Shown piece by piece: positions 27,633 through 32,000 of a DNA stretch of 32,000 bases. The number at the start of each line of letters is the position of its first letter. The stretch's first letter is position 1. A program made the translations under genes and the position numbers. Source of the DNA: Aeropyrum pernix K1 (GTDB lineage: Archaea > Thermoproteota > Thermoprotei_A > Sulfolobales > Acidilobaceae); the NCBI RefSeq assembly GCF_000011125.1, contig NC_000854.2:870001-902000 (forward strand), read 5' to 3'. A model generated the notes under the pieces. That model was not told where the DNA came from. It saw only the letters and a list, made by a program, of their open reading frames with translations, and ran no database searches.

Positions 27633-28643
27633 TCACCTGTAGCCTGAGAGCCTGGCTAGGAGTGACCCTGCAAGGTAGAGGATGATCCCTGATGCGATGT
27701 AGGATATGTGAGTGCCTTCCTGGGAGGGGATTAGCTCGAGAAGCGGTGGTAAAACTGCAGACGCCATTTTATGGAGGAGCGAGTTTTTGATATCAGTGTC
27801 GCTCTGCACGGACTCTAGATTCTCGTCGCTAACCATAACTATCTTGCCTGTTATGTTGTCGCTAACGGCGAGTATTCCTCGGGAGGTCCTTATAACTGTG
27901 CGGTCTTCGCTGGCCGCCTCTATGGTGCCGTAGAGCGTGAACACGTCCCCCTTAGGGCTTTGGATCTCTATTACCGCTTCGCCGCTCTCCGGGTCCACTC
28001 TTATTGTCTTAACGGCATCCTCCGCCTTAACCGGACTCTGCAGCCCTGGGAGTACTACTTGATCCCCGCTAAGTAGAGGCTCTCCCTGAACGGAGGTGTA
28101 GAGGAGTGAGAGGATGTAGGCGGTTGCCGGTAGCGCCGCTACCAGAGCTATTGCTAGCGTTGCTCTACCCGCATTCCGCACTGTGGTCTCGATTAGGGCT
28201 TTTAGCAGCCTGAGAGGGCTCCCTCCCGGTTTGGAGAGTGGAGGTTCCGTGAGGGAGCTAGCTGTTGTTGACGCTAGGAGGGCTACTAGGAACCATAGGG
28301 AGTATACTAGGAAAGTGTACGCCACGGATTCCCATGCGGGCGAGGCGAAACCATAGTACTTGAGGTACGCGTAGGCGGCTAGGGCGGCTGCAGCGGGAAC
28401 CACGAGCCTATACCCGAGACCCAAGACGGCTCTCACGACTGCGAAGCCATAGATTAGGGATGAGGCTGTAAGGGCGGCTGCAGACACGACTATGGACGCA
28501 ACGTACTCTCTTCTACCAGTAGAGACCTCATTGGTTAAAGCTAAGTAGAAGGCCACCGCGACTACGGGAAATAATAACACGGTCACAGTAAAAGCTGTAG
28601 CTGGGGACCTCGGTGCCGTAGCCCCCAAGCTCGCAACCACCAC
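27633..28643 (-). CDS. Hypothetical polytopic membrane protein (336 aa) with an extracytoplasmic beta-rich domain
   Basis: There are about 6 N-terminal TM helices. A soluble segment of roughly 110 aa (VLPGLQSPVKAEDAVKTIRVDPESGEAVIEIQSPKGDVFTLYGTIEA...) and a final TM follow. GTG start. No family recognised. Confidence 0.5.
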   Translation of the reverse strand: MVVASLGATAPRSPATAFTVTVLLFPVVAVAFYLALTNEVSTGRREYVASIVVSAAALTASSLIYGFAVVRAVLGLGYRLVVPAAAALAAYAYLKYYGFASPAWESVAYTFLVYSLWFLVALLASTTASSLTEPPLSKPGGSPLRLLKALIETTVRNAGRATLAIALVAALPATAYILSLLYTSVQGEPLLSGDQVVLPGLQSPVKAEDAVKTIRVDPESGEAVIEIQSPKGDVFTLYGTIEAASEDRTVIRTSRGILAVSDNITGKIVMVSDENLESVQSDTDIKNSLLHKMASAVLPPLLELIPSQEGTHISYIASGIILYLAGSLLARLSGYR

Positions 28644-28970
28644 AATTAGAAATTATTTATTCACTATCGTTGTTTTTAATGTTTAGACCGCAGCGACTCT
28701 AAGAGCCTCTACAGACCCCACGCTATGAGTGCGGGTGCCGCGCGCTCACTGGTAGAGGGACTAGGCTAGCCACAAGGCCCGGCGCTCGTTAGCTCGGCCG
28801 CCCCTCCACAGGATCTACGAGAATGAGTTGCATGTCAGTATCTCTAGGCTGGCTAGTGCGCCTGCTCCTAGCACGCTGCAGATTTACGAGGAAATAGTTG
28901 CAGTTGCAAGTAAAGATAGTAAGGCTGGGAAAAGGAAGAAGGAAGCAGGTGACCGGTCCCAGGTAAGCAC

Positions 28971-29040
28971 GCAGTAGCTAAGCTGACACAGCGCCGCCCT
29001 TGTAAGGCGGAGGCCCCGGGTTTAAATCCCGGCGGCTCCA
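28971..29040 (+). tRNA. tRNA-Thr(UGU)-like gene body (positions about 4-73) lacking a contiguous 5' acceptor strand; intron-containing, split or degenerate
   Basis: Hand fold: GCAG-TA-GCTA-AGCTGACA-CAGC-G-CCGCC-CTTGTAA-GGCGG-AGGCC-CCGGG-TTTAAAT-CCCGG-CGGCTCC-A. The D, anticodon (TGT) and T arms are all regular. The 7 nt before TA (CACGCAG) do not pair with CGGCTCC. Confidence 0.45.
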
Positions 29041-29245
29041 CACCCTTGCCGCAACGTATCTCCCGCCTATCAACGGGGTTATCTTTGATTCCTATAGAGC
29101 TTGACTAGTCCCTCAGGCCATGGAGCGCTACATCTGCCATAATCCAGCCTTGTTAAGACGTCCCTAACGGGCGAAGCAAAATTATGCTAGAAGTAGTTTA
29201 GATACAGGTTGGGTGTAATATAGATTCTTTGTGAGTGGGTAGGGT

Positions 29246-30652
29246 TTAGAAGAATGAGTTTACTATCAGTGGCGCCGCTAGACCTATTACAGTAGTTATC
29301 AGGGCTGCAAGCACCAGCACGTACCTGCTTTCCTCCGATATCCTAGGGGGTTCTCCAGCCTCGTCTAGGGCGTCGCGCAGGAACCTAATGTAGTATACGG
29401 AGCTGACGCCGCTGTTTACGAGGGCCAGCAGAACCAGTATAGAGCTATAGCTTGTGGCGGGTAGGAACATGTAAAGTTTGCCCCAGAAGCCTACCAGCGG
29501 CGGAATCCCCAGGAGGCTAGCCAGTAGCACAGCGACACTCACAGCTGACACCCAGTCCCCTCTGAGTATACCCTTAACCCTCCCGCCTGTCTCGGCGGCC
29601 AGGCTAAAGAGGGGTGCCTTAGCTACAGCGTAGGCTACTGCCTGGAGCCCGATGCCTGCCAGCGCAATAGTGGGGTTGAGGCCCGCGCTCATGAGGTTGG
29701 CCACCGCCACCATACCGACTAGGAGGTAGCCCGTCTGGGCTATGCTACTATAGGCCAGCATCGCCCTTAAATCCCCTGTGTTGAGGGCTGAGACGTTACC
29801 CAGAGTCATTGTAGCCACTGCGGAAGCTGCTATAAGGAGGGCTAGGGCGTCGGCCTCGAAAGGCGTTAGCCCTCCTGAGAGAGTATAGACCAGCCTGACT
29901 AGTATGCCTAGGAAAGCAAGCTTCGCAACCCCTGCTACTATGGCTATGGCCCTGCCATCAGCCCTCCCGTAGACGTTTGGAACCCACCAGTGGAAGGGGA
30001 AGGCGCCCAGCTTGAACCCTATACTGGCCATTATGGCTACGACAGCGAGAGCCTCTAGTGCAAGTGGCGGGCGGAGTCCGGCGTAGAAAGCCGCTATCCA
30101 CACTGCAATGAAGAGGGTTGCCAGTGTACCCACGTAGATGTATCTCACTGCGGCTGCTACGCTATCCCTATCCCCAGGAAGGCCCGCAATTATGTAGGTA
30201 GCCACGGAGAGAACCAGCCACGACGCGAGTATAAGTAGCGGGCTTAGGCTGCCCATTAGGAAGAAGGTTCCAAAGAAGGTCAGTGGCAGGAGGCCGTAGT
30301 AGCCAGGGTGCGTCGGCCACTCCTCAGCTTTATAGTATGCTTGTATGTAGGCTAGAGCAGCAGCCAGAGCGGCGCCTAGAAGCATTACAGACGATAGCTT
30401 GTCATGAACTATCATATTGTTGGCCATAGTAAGGTTTCCATAGGCGAAGACATGGTATACCGTCGCTATGGCCGCCAATAGGAATGCAAGGACCGCTACG
30501 GCCGTCAGAGCCTGTATGTATCTCCTTAGGCTTGGTGAGGCGACGTATACTGCTGGTATTATTATGGCTAAGGCCAGATTCCCGTATATAAGGGCCATGA
30601 CGGCGTTTCCGACGAGTCCCGGGCTAACCATAGCTACCACCCCACTATCCAC
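29246..30652 (-). CDS. nuoN: NADH-quinone oxidoreductase antiporter-like subunit (NuoN-like; NuoM not excluded)
   Basis: The protein is 468 aa with about 14 TM helices. Motifs include LAYSSIAQTGYLLVG and FKLGAFPFHWWVPNVY, typical of the NuoN/ND2 class. It overlaps the upstream NuoL-like gene by 8 nt and is the last gene of the cluster. Confidence 0.8.
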   Translation of the reverse strand: MDSGVVAMVSPGLVGNAVMALIYGNLALAIIIPAVYVASPSLRRYIQALTAVAVLAFLLAAIATVYHVFAYGNLTMANNMIVHDKLSSVMLLGAALAAALAYIQAYYKAEEWPTHPGYYGLLPLTFFGTFFLMGSLSPLLILASWLVLSVATYIIAGLPGDRDSVAAAVRYIYVGTLATLFIAVWIAAFYAGLRPPLALEALAVVAIMASIGFKLGAFPFHWWVPNVYGRADGRAIAIVAGVAKLAFLGILVRLVYTLSGGLTPFEADALALLIAASAVATMTLGNVSALNTGDLRAMLAYSSIAQTGYLLVGMVAVANLMSAGLNPTIALAGIGLQAVAYAVAKAPLFSLAAETGGRVKGILRGDWVSAVSVAVLLASLLGIPPLVGFWGKLYMFLPATSYSSILVLLALVNSGVSSVYYIRFLRDALDEAGEPPRISEESRYVLVLAALITTVIGLAAPLIVNSFF

Positions 30653-32000
30653 CTAGGATCCTGATGAGGGGTCCAATCTTGTCCTCAAACACGGCATATG
30701 CCGCGAGAGCTGCAAAGGCAAGGGAGACTATGTATAGTGCTAGTATGTAGTCCGTCCTACCCCTGTATATCTTACGTGCTAGAAGCGCGAGGCCCCCGCC
30801 AGCCGCTACCAACAGGGAGTGGTATAGCAGGTCTATGCCGAGGTCTAGCTCCTGGAGGGCGGCGATGAGAGCACCTCCTCCGCCCACTATGATGATGTAC
30901 ACTATAGCGTTAAAGTACATCCTATCGTAGAGGAAGCCGTGTATCGCTGCTGCAGCCGCATTCTCCCTTATAATCCTCCGGAAGTCTGCCCTCAGCACCA
31001 TGTATAGCCCGGCTACTAGAGCTATAGAGGCTATAACCCCGGCCACAACGCTGTAGGTGAGGCTTGTCACCTTGAACCGTAGGAGTGCTTCCTCGACTGC
31101 TAGGCTGAGGGTAGCCGCTATGGAGAGTGTATTGAAGAACCCTGCAAACCCGATCCCCAGGGCTAGGCTAGCTAGGGCCAGGATTGTGTAGGGAACTAGC
31201 ATGAGAGGCGGTGCCTCGTGTAGATGTTTATCTCCGCTACTCTTCTCCTCGTACGGCGGAAGGTGGAAGACCCTTATTATCATGCGCGCAGTATATGCAG
31301 CTGTTAGCAAGGCAGTCAGCGCCGCCAGGCCTCCTATCACAGGCTCTGCTTTATACGCGATGGCTACTACCTCCTCCTTGGTGAAGAAGCCGCTCAAAGG
31401 CGGCACGCCGGCTAGGCTAAGTCCGGCTAGCCAGAACGCGGCGGCCGTGAGCTTCATGTACCTGGCGAAACCGCCCATATTGTCTATGAACCTGCTGTGG
31501 GCTGCATGTATAACCCATCCTGCTGCGAGGAATAGTGCTGCCTTGAAGACTGCATGGCTGACTAGGTGGCCCAGGCCTGCGGCGACGGCCTCTCCAGCCA
31601 GCTCAAGGGCCTCGCCGCCCGCTAGGACCGAGGCTATAACTCCCCCGGCCGCGGCGGCTAGTATCATGTAGCCTAGCTGGCTGGCTGTCGAGAAGGCTAG
31701 TATGAGTTTCAGCTCGTCGCTCACAAGTGCCATGAGGGATAGGAGTAGCGCTGTGAGGACAGCTATCCAGGCTATTAGGGTGAAGTATGAGCCGACGCCG
31801 CTGAGGACCTCGGGCGCCCCAGCCGCTAGGGCACCTGCAACGATTATCGGTGCGAATCTGAGCACAAAGTACACGCCCGCCTTAACCATGGTTGCCGCGT
31901 GTATTAGTGCGGAGACGGGTGTTGGACCTGTCATAGCTGTCACAAGCCACTCGTGGAACGGTACCTGGGCACTCTTGGCTAGGGCGCCGAGGGTGAATAT
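30645..32000 (-). CDS. nuoL: NADH-quinone oxidoreductase subunit L-like (NuoL/MnhA class), 5' partial at the window edge
   Basis: The frame stays open beyond the listed GTG to position 32000. Reading through gives IFTLGALAKSAQVPFHEWLVTAMTGPTPVSALIHAATMVKAGVY, the hallmark NuoL/ND5 motif. The long C-terminal extension is typical of subunit L. Confidence 0.88.
   Translation of the reverse strand: MFTLGALAKSAQVPFHEWLVTAMTGPTPVSALIHAATMVKAGVYFVLRFAPIIVAGALAAGAPEVLSGVGSYFTLIAWIAVLTALLLSLMALVSDELKLILAFSTASQLGYMILAAAAGGVIASVLAGGEALELAGEAVAAGLGHLVSHAVFKAALFLAAGWVIHAAHSRFIDNMGGFARYMKLTAAAFWLAGLSLAGVPPLSGFFTKEEVVAIAYKAEPVIGGLAALTALLTAAYTARMIIRVFHLPPYEEKSSGDKHLHEAPPLMLVPYTILALASLALGIGFAGFFNTLSIAATLSLAVEEALLRFKVTSLTYSVVAGVIASIALVAGLYMVLRADFRRIIRENAAAAAIHGFLYDRMYFNAIVYIIIVGGGGALIAALQELDLGIDLLYHSLLVAAGGGLALLARKIYRGRTDYILALYIVSLAFAALAAYAVFEDKIGPLIRILGG

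Noticed and set aside
28730-28812. Second tRNA-like stretch (GCTCACTGGTAGAGG ... GCCGCCCCTCCA)
   Set aside because: It has D-loop-like and ...TCCA-like fragments, but I could not build an acceptor, anticodon or T stem in any register. This is probably chance similarity or part of an uncharacterised RNA.
28921-28970. SRP RNA helix-8-like string GGAAGGAAGCAGG
   Set aside because: Only a short purine-rich match is present. There is no complementary 5' strand with a GNRA tetraloop and no Alu-domain motifs nearby. Insufficient for a call.
28941-28974. Canonical bulge-helix-bulge motif for a 27 nt intron at tRNA position 3/4
   Set aside because: The exon-1 side is all purine (aaGGA). The intron 3' end (taagcac) offers no complementary 4 bp central helix in the canonical geometry. 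The intron idea is therefore kept as a hypothesis only, not annotated as a feature.
1-32000. CRISPR arrays, IS elements, integrases, toxin-antitoxin or known defence genes
   Set aside because: I scanned the intergenic regions and the ORF list. There is no regularly spaced repeat array, no transposase or integrase-like ORF, and no terminal inverted repeats. The partial-looking tRNA at about 29.0 kb has no integrase nearby, so a provirus att site is not supported.

Overview
High-GC archaeal chromosomal window, densely coded on both strands. Reverse gyrase, Cdc48, A-type ATPase stalk subunits, archaeal-type tRNAs, frequent GTG/TTG starts, TATA-like boxes about 27 nt upstream of start codons and oligo-T tracts after genes all fit a hyperthermophilic crenarchaeon. 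It looks Aeropyrum/Desulfurococcales-like, but that is inference and no search was run. Confidently recognised: Cdc48/VCP (5' partial), tRNA-Ser(UGA), reverse gyrase, an ABC-2-type ATPase/permease pair, an NCS1-like permease, tRNA-Phe(GAA), cis-prenyltransferase UppS and glutamate dehydrogenase. Also a DUF1028 Ntn-hydrolase-like protein, a five-gene Dpp/Opp-type peptide ABC operon, EPSP synthase, and NuoN plus NuoL (partial at the right edge). More tentative: a MgtC/DUF4010 membrane protein, a SpoVS-like small protein, and an A-ATPase H-like plus C-like pair. The least explained part is 25.4-29.1 kb. It holds a small wHTH protein plus an orphan FdhE-like four-CxxC zinc-ribbon protein bracketed by copies of an 11-mer, then two co-transcribed membrane proteins with no recognisable family. 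After these comes a roughly 330 nt ORF-free GC-rich spacer leading into a tRNA-Thr(UGU)-like body that has no contiguous 5' acceptor strand. No CRISPR array, transposase, integrase or recognisable defence gene was seen. I found no convincing self-contained novel system, only the candidates listed in the findings.
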